From Aliivibrio fischeri ES114 (GTDB lineage: Bacteria > Pseudomonadota > Gammaproteobacteria > Enterobacterales > Vibrionaceae), in assembly GCF_000011805.1 (NCBI RefSeq), contig NC_006840.2: a stretch of 32,000 nucleotides of DNA. The stretch is one strand, 5' to 3'. A program made the position numbers and the translations under genes. Below, in pieces: positions 10,415 through 17,899 of this stretch. Position 1 is the stretch's first letter; the number at the start of each line of letters is the position of its first letter. The notes below the pieces were generated by a model. It had not been told where the DNA came from and searched no databases. It saw only the letters and a program-made list of their open reading frames with translations.

Positions 10415-10582
10415 CGTTTGCTATTCCTCATTGATTGAATTTCATACTTTAAATTGTTGTCTTTTTAATCAATGAGTTATATCGATTATGTGCCGTGAAA
10501 TAAATATCTTTTCCATATGGAAATAATCTTATTTCTGATTGTTTTTATTACAGGAAATCAATCAGTTAATTGCTGCACATAA

Positions 10583-10598
10583 TGTGACCTGTGTCTCA
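10583..10598 (+). promoter_or_regulatory. Candidate cAMP-CRP binding site upstream of nupC
   Basis: TGTGAcctgtgTCTCA against consensus TGTGA-N6-TCACA (9 of 10 core positions), 87 bp upstream of the nupC ATG. Confidence 0.5.
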
Positions 10599-10627
10599 TT
10601 AACAGAGTGGTAGCAAAGTCGACTTGC

Positions 10628-10643
10628 ACGCAAACCTTTGCGG
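10628..10643 (+). promoter_or_regulatory. Candidate LacI-family (PurR/CytR-like) operator upstream of nupC
   Basis: ACGCAAACCTTTGCGG matches the PurR-box consensus ACGCAAACGTTTGCGT at 14 of 16 positions. CGCAAA/TTTGCG arms are perfect around a CC centre. It lies between possible -35 TTGCAC (10624-10629) and -10 TAGAAT (10646-10651). Confidence 0.4.
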
Positions 10644-10684
10644 ATTAGAATGCGAACTCATTTTCGATAGCATAGGTTTCTATC

Positions 10685-11890
10685 ATGACATCTTTACTTG
10701 GTATTTTTGCCATTTTACTGTTTGCTTATTTGTGTTCGACTGACCGCCGTAACATCCCTCTTAGAACTGTCTCTTTGGCGTTTGGACTACAAATTATTTT
10801 TGCCTTACTGGTTCTATATGTTCCTGCTGGTAAAGAGGTTTTAAACTCTGTTACAGCAGGCGTATCAGGCGTGATTGATTATGGTCAACAAGGTATTGCC
10901 TTTTTATTCGGCGGTTTAGCTACTGGCAAAGTTGGCTTTGTATTTGCCATTAACGTGCTTGGTATTATCATTTTCTTCTCGGCACTCATTTCTGCGCTTT
11001 ACCACATTGGTGTGATGCCTAAAGTGATTAATTTCATTGGTGGTGGATTACAACGTCTACTTGGTACAGGGCGTGCAGAATCCCTTGCAGCAACGGCTAA
11101 TATCTTTGTTAGTATGGTAGAAGCTCCATTAGTTGTTCGTCCTTACTTAAAGCACATGAGTGATTCTCAGTTTTTTGCTGTGATGACATGTGGCCTAGCT
11201 TCTGTAGCTGGCGGAACCATGGTTGGTTATGCATCATTAGGTGTGGATCTAAACTTCCTTATCTCTGCTGCATTCATGTCTGCACCAGCAGGATTATTAA
11301 TGGCTAAGATGATGGTTCCACCGGGTGATGAAGCAAATAATGATGATGAAATTACCTCTGTTGAGATTGATCATGCAACTAATGTATTTGAAGCATTAGC
11401 TGATGGTGCTATGTCTGGCTTGCGTATCGCTGTTGCGGTAGGTACGACGTTATTAGCGTTTGTCAGTGTGATTGCTTTACTTAACGGCTTACTAGGGCAT
11501 GTTGGTGATATCTTTGGTATCAAACTAAGTTTTGAATTAATTCTTGGTTACTTGTTTGCTCCTGTAGCTTTCATCTTAGGTGTGCCATGGAATGAAGCGA
11601 TTCTTGCTGGTTCATTAATCGGTAATAAGATCGTGGTAAATGAATTTGTTGCCTTTATTCAATTAATGGAAGTGAAAGATCAACTAAGTCCACATTCTGT
11701 TGCGATAGTTACATTCGCACTGTGCGGCTTTGCAAATATTTCAACCATGGCAATTTTGATTGGTGGTTTAGGTAGTCTTGTTCCTGAACGTCGTCCATTT
11801 ATTGCGAGAATGGGGTTCAGAGCGATTACTGCAGGTGTATTGGCTAACTTAATGAGTGCAGCGATCGCTGGTGTGATTTTGTCACTTTAA
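10685..11890 (+). CDS. nupC: NupC-family concentrative nucleoside transporter
   Basis: 401-aa polytopic ORF with the conserved CNT segment [27 protein letters not shown]. Overall length and pattern match NupC. Confidence 0.9.
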   Translation: MTSLLGIFAILLFAYLCSTDRRNIPLRTVSLAFGLQIIFALLVLYVPAGKEVLNSVTAGVSGVIDYGQQGIAFLFGGLATGKVGFVFAINVLGIIIFFSALISALYHIGVMPKVINFIGGGLQRLLGTGRAESLAATANIFVSMVEAPLVVRPYLKHMSDSQFFAVMTCGLASVAGGTMVGYASLGVDLNFLISAAFMSAPAGLLMAKMMVPPGDEANNDDEITSVEIDHATNVFEALADGAMSGLRIAVAVGTTLLAFVSVIALLNGLLGHVGDIFGIKLSFELILGYLFAPVAFILGVPWNEAILAGSLIGNKIVVNEFVAFIQLMEVKDQLSPHSVAIVTFALCGFANISTMAILIGGLGSLVPERRPFIARMGFRAITAGVLANLMSAAIAGVILSL

Positions 11891-11916
11891 GTTAATTGCT
11901 TAATTTCAAATAAAGA

Positions 11917-11953
11917 AAAGGTTGCGATCAAAAAGTCGCAACCTTTATTTTTT
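11917..11953. terminator. Rho-independent terminator (nupC; usable from both strands)
   Basis: AAAGGTTGCGA (11917-11927) pairs with TCGCAACCTTT (11936-11946), 11-bp perfect stem, 8-nt loop, then ATTTTTT. The reverse complement is followed by TCTTTATTT. Confidence 0.8.
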
Positions 11954-12035
11954 CTAGTCCCTAGTCCCTAGTCCCTAGTCCCTAGTCCCTAGTCCCTAGT
12001 CCCTAGTCCCTAGTCCCTAGTCCCTAGTCCCTAGT
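11954..12035. repeat. Perfect heptanucleotide microsatellite (CTAGTCC)x11 plus CTAGT
   Basis: Counted by hand: 11 identical 7-bp units from 11954 to 12030 plus a partial unit at 12031-12035, with no variant positions. The last CTAG supplies the stop codon (12031-12033, - strand) of the Bax-like gene. Confidence 0.97.
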
Positions 12036-12939
12036 TTTCAAATCTCACTCGAATCGGCGTTGAGCTATCAAATGTAACCTGATCAAAACTATCTAATTTA
12101 TGATGTTTAATTAATGCTTGCAGATTCTCAACATAAGCTTCACCACGGGTAGAGTAGTGAGATAAAGACTCGACTAGCTCATAACCTGATAATTTTCCTT
12201 CTTCGCTTAGTTGTTGGCGTAGTTTCCAAAGGTCTTTATAAGCAGATGTGGTGTTTAAGTTATACATGTAGCGTGCAGTACCTGCGAATAAATTGTCGAA
12301 TGCTGCAACTTTTACATGGCCGCCAGGAGTACTTAAATATTTACCACCTTTAGACGATAGATGTTCGCCATATAAGCTATTGCCATTAATTGCAAAATAA
12401 CTGGTTCCCCAACCACTCTCATCGATACCTTGTGCTAATACCATTCCTACTGGAATTACATTTAGACGTAAGAGTAGATCATCAATATTTTGGGTTTTTA
12501 CGAAATAAGAATCCATTAGGTTATGCATCCATAATGTTTCTTCTTTTGTCCATTCGCTCGTTGGACGTTTAGAAAGGGTAATCACTTCCTCTCTAACAGC
12601 ACTAATGTGTTCATTTACTTCAATAATTGTTGGTAACAATAAACGAATAAATCCTGAAATCTTTTCTTGAACAGGAAGCGCATTTAAATCATCCGGTAGA
12701 TTCTCTACAAAAAAAGTCGGCATAGAGTGTTCTTTGATAACACGATCTAATGAATATTGATGAGTCGTAAATTCCTTAATAAGAGATTGTGCAGAATTAA
12801 GAGAAGTCACTTTTACATTAGGGTAGGGTGAGCTTATCTTTTCTGGCGATAACGGAAGTGTTGTATCGGCTAAGCAAATTGAAGAGATGAAAAAAAGCAG
12901 AGAAGCAAAAATATGTTTTAACGTTTTAGATAAAGACAT
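12031..12939 (-). CDS. bax: Bax-like protein with glucosaminidase (GH73/FlgJ-type) domain
   Basis: QGIDESGWGTSYFAINGNSLYGE matches the muramidase/glucosaminidase catalytic region (ESGWG…N.LFG). Signal-like N-terminus MSLSKTLKHIFASLLFFISSICLA from ATG12939. The ORF track extends to TTG12960. Confidence 0.75.
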   Translation of the reverse strand: MSLSKTLKHIFASLLFFISSICLADTTLPLSPEKISSPYPNVKVTSLNSAQSLIKEFTTHQYSLDRVIKEHSMPTFFVENLPDDLNALPVQEKISGFIRLLLPTIIEVNEHISAVREEVITLSKRPTSEWTKEETLWMHNLMDSYFVKTQNIDDLLLRLNVIPVGMVLAQGIDESGWGTSYFAINGNSLYGEHLSSKGGKYLSTPGGHVKVAAFDNLFAGTARYMYNLNTTSAYKDLWKLRQQLSEEGKLSGYELVESLSHYSTRGEAYVENLQALIKHHKLDSFDQVTFDSSTPIRVRFEN

Positions 12940-13031
12940 AAATGAAGTTCCATATTTCAAATAGATAATAACATGGGATTATCTTTAGGTTATTTGTATT
13001 GTCCCAGAAAAATCAATTAGAGGGGCGATCG

Positions 13032-13059
13032 AAAACGGTGCTGTAATTAGCACCGTTTT
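13032..13059 (-). terminator. Hairpin terminator downstream of ppiB
   Basis: AAAACGGTGCT (13032-13042) pairs with AGCACCGTTTT (13049-13059), 11-bp perfect stem, 6-nt loop. The A/T tracts on both sides give a U-run in either orientation. Confidence 0.6.
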
Positions 13060-13084
13060 TTGTTTTATCGGGTGATTTCGGGGG

Positions 13085-13582
13085 TTATTCGCCTACGATA
13101 GTCACTTTCTCGATAACAATACTCTCTTTTGGAACATCGTCAAACTCACCGATGGATTTAGTTTTAATTTTGGCTATTTTCTTAACCACATCCATGCCCA
13201 TTGTTACTTCGCCAAATACAGCATAACCCCAACCTGCATTGGTAGTTGCTGTATGGTCAAGGAACGTATTGTTAGCAATATTAATAAAAAATTCGCTTGT
13301 TGCAGAATGAGGGGCATCGGTACGTGCCATTGCAATTGTACCGTTTAAATTCTTTAAACCGCGATTCGCTTCATTAACGATAGGTGCACGCATTTCTTTT
13401 TCTTGCATATCAGCAGTAAAACCGCCGCCTTGAATCATAAATCCTTTGATAACTCGGTGAAAAATGGTGCCTTCGTAGAAACCATCTTGGCAATATTTTA
13501 AAAAGTTCTTTGAGCTAACAGGGGCTTTCTCTTTGTTTAGCTCAATGTGAATATCACCAAAGTTGGTAGTAAAAATGATCAT
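13085..13582 (-). CDS. ppiB: Peptidyl-prolyl cis-trans isomerase B (cyclophilin type)
   Basis: From ATG13582 the product [21 protein letters not shown]…[15 protein letters not shown]…[21 protein letters not shown] aligns end to end with E. coli PpiB (MVTFHTNHGDI…[15 protein letters not shown]). The 28 extra codons in the ORF track overlap the bla 3' end and are rejected. Confidence 0.92.
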   Translation of the reverse strand: MIIFTTNFGDIHIELNKEKAPVSSKNFLKYCQDGFYEGTIFHRVIKGFMIQGGGFTADMQEKEMRAPIVNEANRGLKNLNGTIAMARTDAPHSATSEFFINIANNTFLDHTATTNAGWGYAVFGEVTMGMDVVKKIAKIKTKSIGEFDDVPKESIVIEKVTIVGE

Positions 13583-13592
13583 AATTTTGTTC

Positions 13593-14444
13593 TTAATTAA
13601 TTTTAAATTCTTTGAAAATAGCATTACCAACTTCAACAATAACTTGATTACGTTCAGCCATATCAAGCTTTGTTTGAGTTAAGTAAATACTAATGATTAT
13701 AGGTTGGTGTTTGTCGTTCCAGATAGCGGCAGTGATACCACGCGAACCAAAACCACCAGCACCTGAGCGATCAGCAATAGACCAGTCATTAGGTAAAATA
13801 GAGCGCAGTAGTGGATCAGACACTTTGTTGTTCATCATCCAAGATTTTAATGTTTGTTCATCCTGTGAGTTTAAAGTGTTTCCAAATAACAAAGCGTTGA
13901 GTGTTTGCGACATAGCAACGGGTGTTGTTGTATCTCGTTTATCGCCATTTTTAGATTCATTTAATTCTGGTTCAATGCGATCAAGGCGAGTTTTTGTATC
14001 ACCCATAGCACGCAAGAATTGCGTTAAAGAACTTGGCCCACCAATTTCATTTAGAACAATATTCGCAGCAGTATTATCACTCATTAGCATGGTTGCTTCA
14101 CACGCTTTTTGAGTCGTAATCATATTACCGATTAAAGGTTCTGTAACGGGTGACCAAGGCATGATTTGTTCTTTAGTTATAGAGGTGGTTTTGTATTTAT
14201 CAATGCCACCGACACTTGAGTCGTAAAGCATTTTTGCACAGGCAAGGGTTTTAAATGTACTCATCATAGGAAAGCGTTGGTCGCCTTTATATGCCCATGT
14301 TTTGTTTGTTTCTGTATTCAGTACTGAAACCCCAATGTAACCTCCGCTTGATAGCTCGATAGCTTCAATATTTTGAGTAAGAGAGCCCGCAATTGCATTG
14401 TTTGCTAAAACAATAAGGCCAAATAGAAATGGTTTGATTTTCAT
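13593..14444 (-). CDS. bla: Class A beta-lactamase, CARB/PSE-like (carbenicillinase type)
   Basis: Signal peptide, then the class A motifs STFK (Ser70 box), [11 protein letters not shown] (omega loop, Glu166) and RSG in place of KTG (Arg234). Cys residues sit at the Cys77/Cys123 positions. Confidence 0.9.
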   Translation of the reverse strand: MKIKPFLFGLIVLANNAIAGSLTQNIEAIELSSGGYIGVSVLNTETNKTWAYKGDQRFPMMSTFKTLACAKMLYDSSVGGIDKYKTTSITKEQIMPWSPVTEPLIGNMITTQKACEATMLMSDNTAANIVLNEIGGPSSLTQFLRAMGDTKTRLDRIEPELNESKNGDKRDTTTPVAMSQTLNALLFGNTLNSQDEQTLKSWMMNNKVSDPLLRSILPNDWSIADRSGAGGFGSRGITAAIWNDKHQPIIISIYLTQTKLDMAERNQVIVEVGNAIFKEFKIN

Positions 14445-14474
14445 CAGAAGTCCTAAAGATAATTTTTATACAGC

Positions 14475-14502
14475 TATATATATTAATATTAAAATTAGTC
14501 AA
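14475..14502 (-). promoter_or_regulatory. Near-consensus sigma70 promoter for bla
   Basis: On the - strand: -35 TTGACT (14502-14497), 16-nt spacer, -10 TATATA (14480-14475), about 30 nt upstream of ATG14444. The -35 overlaps the stop codon of the upstream gene. Confidence 0.5.
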
Positions 14503-15413
14503 ACTTTCGTTTGTATCTTGGAAGCATACTTTCATTCCCAAGTAATCCACCTTGGTGAATATACATTAAGGTCTGGTCGGTATTTTTAGGTAGCCAGTCA
14601 GTTAAACAGCGCCACATGAGAGGGTCATACAATAACTCGAATTCAACTTGAGTCTGTTGATATAGCTCTTTCCAGATCTCGTAGTTTTCTCGATATAGTT
14701 TACCAAAATGGTGTTTTTTCTCTGGGGTCAGAACTTCAGGGAAATCGGTTTCACCTAATTGATAAAATTGTTTTTCAAGATACTCATCGCCGCCAACACA
14801 AGAACACGTAATAACCTTAACGTCGTGAGGTTTTAAGTGTTTATGTAAAAATAGTGCGGTGGTTCCTGTTCCTGATGGTAATGCGACAGTTAGGTGCTCT
14901 ATATTTGCTTCTTTTTTCCAAGCTAATACTTCTTCTGCTAGCTTCTGGACACCACTTTCAGCTAAACGACAACGACCACCTTCAGGAATATAAATTTCAT
15001 CTTCTTTTGGTTGTCGTATCTTACAAATGTATTCAGCAGATGAAGTAGTAGAACCATCGTCGTCTTTGGCGTGTTCTAACTTATTTAGAGGAATGATCTT
15101 AGCGCCTAATTCTAAAGCCGCTCGATAATTACCAATTGGATTTTCTTTTAAATAGGATGGAATATGATCCACATAAAAATGAAGATGCCACTGTTTCAAT
15201 TTAGCCAGAGCCGCCATCGAATATAAGGAGTTCGCTTGCGGAGAACCATAGCCAATGATGGTTTTTATGTTTTGGGAATTCACTCTCTAGCAGCCCCATG
15301 AATTTTCGAGCTTTGTTACCTGAGAATTGAGGGTGGAGTAGGTCATCACGTTTTAGATAAAAGCGCGTACCATTAAAGTCATGTTGTGTTACAGGACTGT
15401 TTTCGATCTTCAT
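14495..15413 (-). pseudogene. ACC deaminase / D-cysteine desulfhydrase family (PLP-dependent) gene interrupted by a +1 frameshift
   Basis: The 70-aa ORF (15413-15201) carries YLKRDDLLHPQFSGNKARKF (PLP-lysine motif). The 262-aa ORF (15283-14495) continues the family as KTIIGYGSPQANSLYSMAALAKL. The two frames overlap at 15201-15283 next to A4 and A5 runs (15270-15273 and 15262-15266). Confidence 0.7.
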
Positions 15414-15436
15414 TCTTACAACTAGCCAAATTTAAT

Positions 15437-15462
15437 ATGGCCTTTATTTAATTAAAGGCCAT
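15437..15462 (-). terminator. AT-rich hairpin downstream of yajD
   Basis: ATGGCCTTTA (15437-15446) pairs with TAAAGGCCAT (15453-15462), 10-bp stem, 6-nt loop, with A/T-rich flanks on both sides. Confidence 0.4.
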
Positions 15463-15474
15463 TATTTTTAATTA

Positions 15475-15819
15475 TTATTTTTTCATCATTGCTTTTAGAT
15501 CAGCAAATGGATTGTGTGTTGCTGCTTTATGGTCATCTTCACCAGCTCTAATTTCAGTGCCGTATTGATCATGTTCAGTGTATTTAGAGTGTTCATGATC
15601 ATGGCAGAAAAGACACAGTAATTCCCAGTTGCTGCCGTCACTTGGGTTATTAGTATGATCGTGATCTTTATGGTGAACCGTTAATTCACGAAGATTTGAA
15701 TAAACAAATTCACGAGCACAATTGCCACAAACCCAAGGGTATAATTTTAGTGCTTTTTCACGATAACCACTTTCTTGGCGAGCGTAAGCGGCACTAGTGC
15801 CATAAAAATCAGATGACAT
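15475..15819 (-). CDS. yajD: HNH nuclease family protein YajD
   Basis: 114 aa with YPWVCGNCAREF…LTVHHKDHDHTNN…NWELLCLFCHDHEH (HNH/zinc-ribbon pattern). Length and sequence resemble E. coli YajD. Confidence 0.85.
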   Translation of the reverse strand: MSSDFYGTSAAYARQESGYREKALKLYPWVCGNCAREFVYSNLRELTVHHKDHDHTNNPSDGSNWELLCLFCHDHEHSKYTEHDQYGTEIRAGEDDHKAATHNPFADLKAMMKK

Positions 15820-16044
15820 GTTTCTTGTATCCTTTTAACCATTCAATTTTGAACGTTGTACTTAAAAAATAACTAAATGTATAACCTATACACATCTAAA
15901 CATAGAATGGTCAATAAAGGTATTAATTTTGAATAAATCAAAGATTTCAGATCACATTTGTTGCGATCTAGCGCCGAAGAAATAGAGCAATGCTATTGCA
16001 TTTGAACTCGTACAGGTTAACTTCATTGAGTTATCATTTTTGAG

Positions 16045-16416
16045 ATGGAAAGAAGCATGAGCGCAGATGTAAACATCATCTATAAAATATTGTGTCTATG
16101 GGGTAAGCCGAAGACTTATGCCGACTTATCAAGTGACTATAAACAGCACACAAATGAATGGTATTCTCCACACTCTTGGGAAAAGGTTTTAAATGAGTTA
16201 AATGTAATTTTGTCTCAAAATGGAGCACCGCCACTAAGTGCTTTAGTGGTATCGTTAGGAACGAATGAGCCAAAGTTGTCGTTTTGGTCGGGTGGGGCAT
16301 CAAACGTGCCCGCATTACCAAATAACCCATTACAGCGCACTTTATTATGGCAAAATTTAGTGAATGATATTAATCATTACTCATGGCCTTCTCAACTAAC
16401 GGACAAAAAAGAATGA
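16045..16416 (+). CDS. Hypothetical protein (no family recognised)
   Basis: 123-aa ORF, divergent from yajD across a 225-bp spacer, with ordinary local composition. ATG16057 is an alternative start. No motif I can name. Confidence 0.5.
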   Translation: MERSMSADVNIIYKILCLWGKPKTYADLSSDYKQHTNEWYSPHSWEKVLNELNVILSQNGAPPLSALVVSLGTNEPKLSFWSGGASNVPALPNNPLQRTLLWQNLVNDINHYSWPSQLTDKKE

Positions 16417-16527
16417 TGGTTTTATCCTGAAAGTGATGAGAAGTGCTATTCTTATGTTAGAAAGCATTGATAAAAAGTAATAATAAACGGTTATACGGAT
16501 TTAATCGGTTATATTTAAGGATAAATA

Positions 16528-16995
16528 ATGTGTTCCAAGCTTGAGTTAAAAGTACCGCCACCTCTTGTTATGTTGCTATTAATGGGAACCGTTTTTCTCT
16601 TTGATAGATTACTTCCTTTCCAAATTTTTTATATACCAACACTGACGGTAACATTGAGCATTATGTTTGTCGTTCTTGGTGCTGTGATTTCATTATCAGG
16701 TGTTCGAGAATTTAAACGTGCTCAAACAACCGTTAACCCTTTAAAACCAGAAAACAGCTCATCTCTTGTCGATTCAGGTATCTATCAATACACACGTAAC
16801 CCTATGTACCTTGGATTTTTATTAATATTAATAAGTTCAGTTGTTTACACTCAAAATCCGCTAGGTCTGGTCAGTGCTCTTTTATTTGTTACCTATATGA
16901 ATCGTTATCAAATTGAGCCAGAAGAAAGAGCGTTGGTAAAAATATTTGGTGATGAATTCAAATTGTATGCAGAGCAAGTTAACCGCTGGTTTTGA
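16528..16995 (+). CDS. Isoprenylcysteine carboxyl methyltransferase (ICMT/PEMT-like) family membrane protein
   Basis: 155 aa with 4 hydrophobic segments and the family motif GIYQYTRNPMYLGFLLIL…EPEERAL…FGDEF..Y. SD AAGGA upstream. Confidence 0.8.
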   Translation: MCSKLELKVPPPLVMLLLMGTVFLFDRLLPFQIFYIPTLTVTLSIMFVVLGAVISLSGVREFKRAQTTVNPLKPENSSSLVDSGIYQYTRNPMYLGFLLILISSVVYTQNPLGLVSALLFVTYMNRYQIEPEERALVKIFGDEFKLYAEQVNRWF

Positions 16996-17107
16996 ATTTA
17001 CATTACTCTGACATTATTAGCTCTGATTCGTCTAACAGCTCACGAATTAACCACTTAAATTAATTTAAAATTGTTTCATAAACGAGGCATCATGGCTGGG
17101 GTGTATT

Positions 17108-17884
17108 ATGAAAAAGAAAATTAAATTAATTATAAAAATCGTATTGTTTTTAGCATTTGTTGGTGTAGTTGGGCATGTGTTTGCCGCAGAGCCCATGTCA
17201 GCAGATAAGGTCGTTGCAAAGTCAGATGAGCAAATGCGTGGTAAATCGAGTTATTCAGAAATTACGATGAATATTATTCGTCCCGATTGGACTCGTAGTA
17301 TGAGTATGAAGAGTTGGACGAAAGAGCAAAACCTTTCTTTAGTATTAATCACAGGCCCGGCCAAAGATAAAGGCAATGCTTCTCTTAAGCGTGATAAAGA
17401 GATGTGGAGCTGGATACCTAGCATTGAACGAGTGATTAAAATAGCCCCATCGATGCTTGGGCAATCTTGGATGGGATCAGATTTCACCAATGATGACTTG
17501 ATTAACCAGTCTTCGATCGTCGTGGATTATGATCATAAGTTTGTAAAAGAAGAGACCATTGATGGTGATAAAACATGGGTAATCGACGCCATCGCAAAAC
17601 CAGATGCACCAGTAGTATGGAGTAAGGTTCGTCTTTGGATATCTCAAAAAACGTTTATTCAACGTAAGGTTGAGTCTTATGATGAGTTTGATGAGCTAGT
17701 AAACACGATGACGACTTACGATATTCAAGAAATGGGCAATCGAATGATAGCAACAAGAATGGTCATGATCCCTGCCGATAAGCCTGAAAATAAAACAGAA
17801 ATGATCACCCATAAGGCGCAGTTTAACTTCTTAATTAATGATGAATTCTTCTCTCAAATGCAAATGAAGGCATTACGATACTAA
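17108..17884 (+). CDS. LolA-like outer-membrane lipoprotein-sorting family protein (periplasmic)
   Basis: 258 aa with a type I signal peptide (…VGHVFA|AEP, no lipobox Cys). The pattern SYSEITMNIIRPDWTRSMSMKSWTKE…MWSWIPSIERVIKI…SWMGSDFTNDDL is typical of the LolA_like family, and the gene heads an FtsX/ABC operon. Confidence 0.75.
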   Translation: MKKKIKLIIKIVLFLAFVGVVGHVFAAEPMSADKVVAKSDEQMRGKSSYSEITMNIIRPDWTRSMSMKSWTKEQNLSLVLITGPAKDKGNASLKRDKEMWSWIPSIERVIKIAPSMLGQSWMGSDFTNDDLINQSSIVVDYDHKFVKEETIDGDKTWVIDAIAKPDAPVVWSKVRLWISQKTFIQRKVESYDEFDELVNTMTTYDIQEMGNRMIATRMVMIPADKPENKTEMITHKAQFNFLINDEFFSQMQMKALRY

Positions 17885-17899
17885 CTATAGGTGCTGAAT

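Noticed and set aside
11954-12035. Heptamer array as a CRISPR array, telomere-like repeat or TrpR-type CTAG operator array
   Set aside because: There are no spacers between units, so it is not CRISPR. The unit CCCTAGT is not the CCCTAA telomere unit, and the replicon context is ordinary chromosomal. Known CTAG operators need ACTAGT half-sites at different spacing. It is classified simply as a microsatellite.
13583-13666. 28-codon N-terminal extension of ppiB in the ORF track
   Set aside because: The extension overlaps the 3' end of bla and has no counterpart in PpiB. Alignment with E. coli PpiB starts exactly at the internal Met (ATG13582).
13693-14112. 139-aa + strand ORF antisense to bla
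   Set aside because: It is nested within the beta-lactamase gene, which carries all class A catalytic motifs. It has no independent support.
14495-15413. Treating the 70-aa and 262-aa ORFs as two genes, or as programmed frameshifting
   Set aside because: Together they reconstruct one family member with a single-base shift at a homopolymer. I see no slippery heptamer plus stimulatory structure typical of programmed frameshifts. A pseudogene or sequencing error is the simpler explanation.
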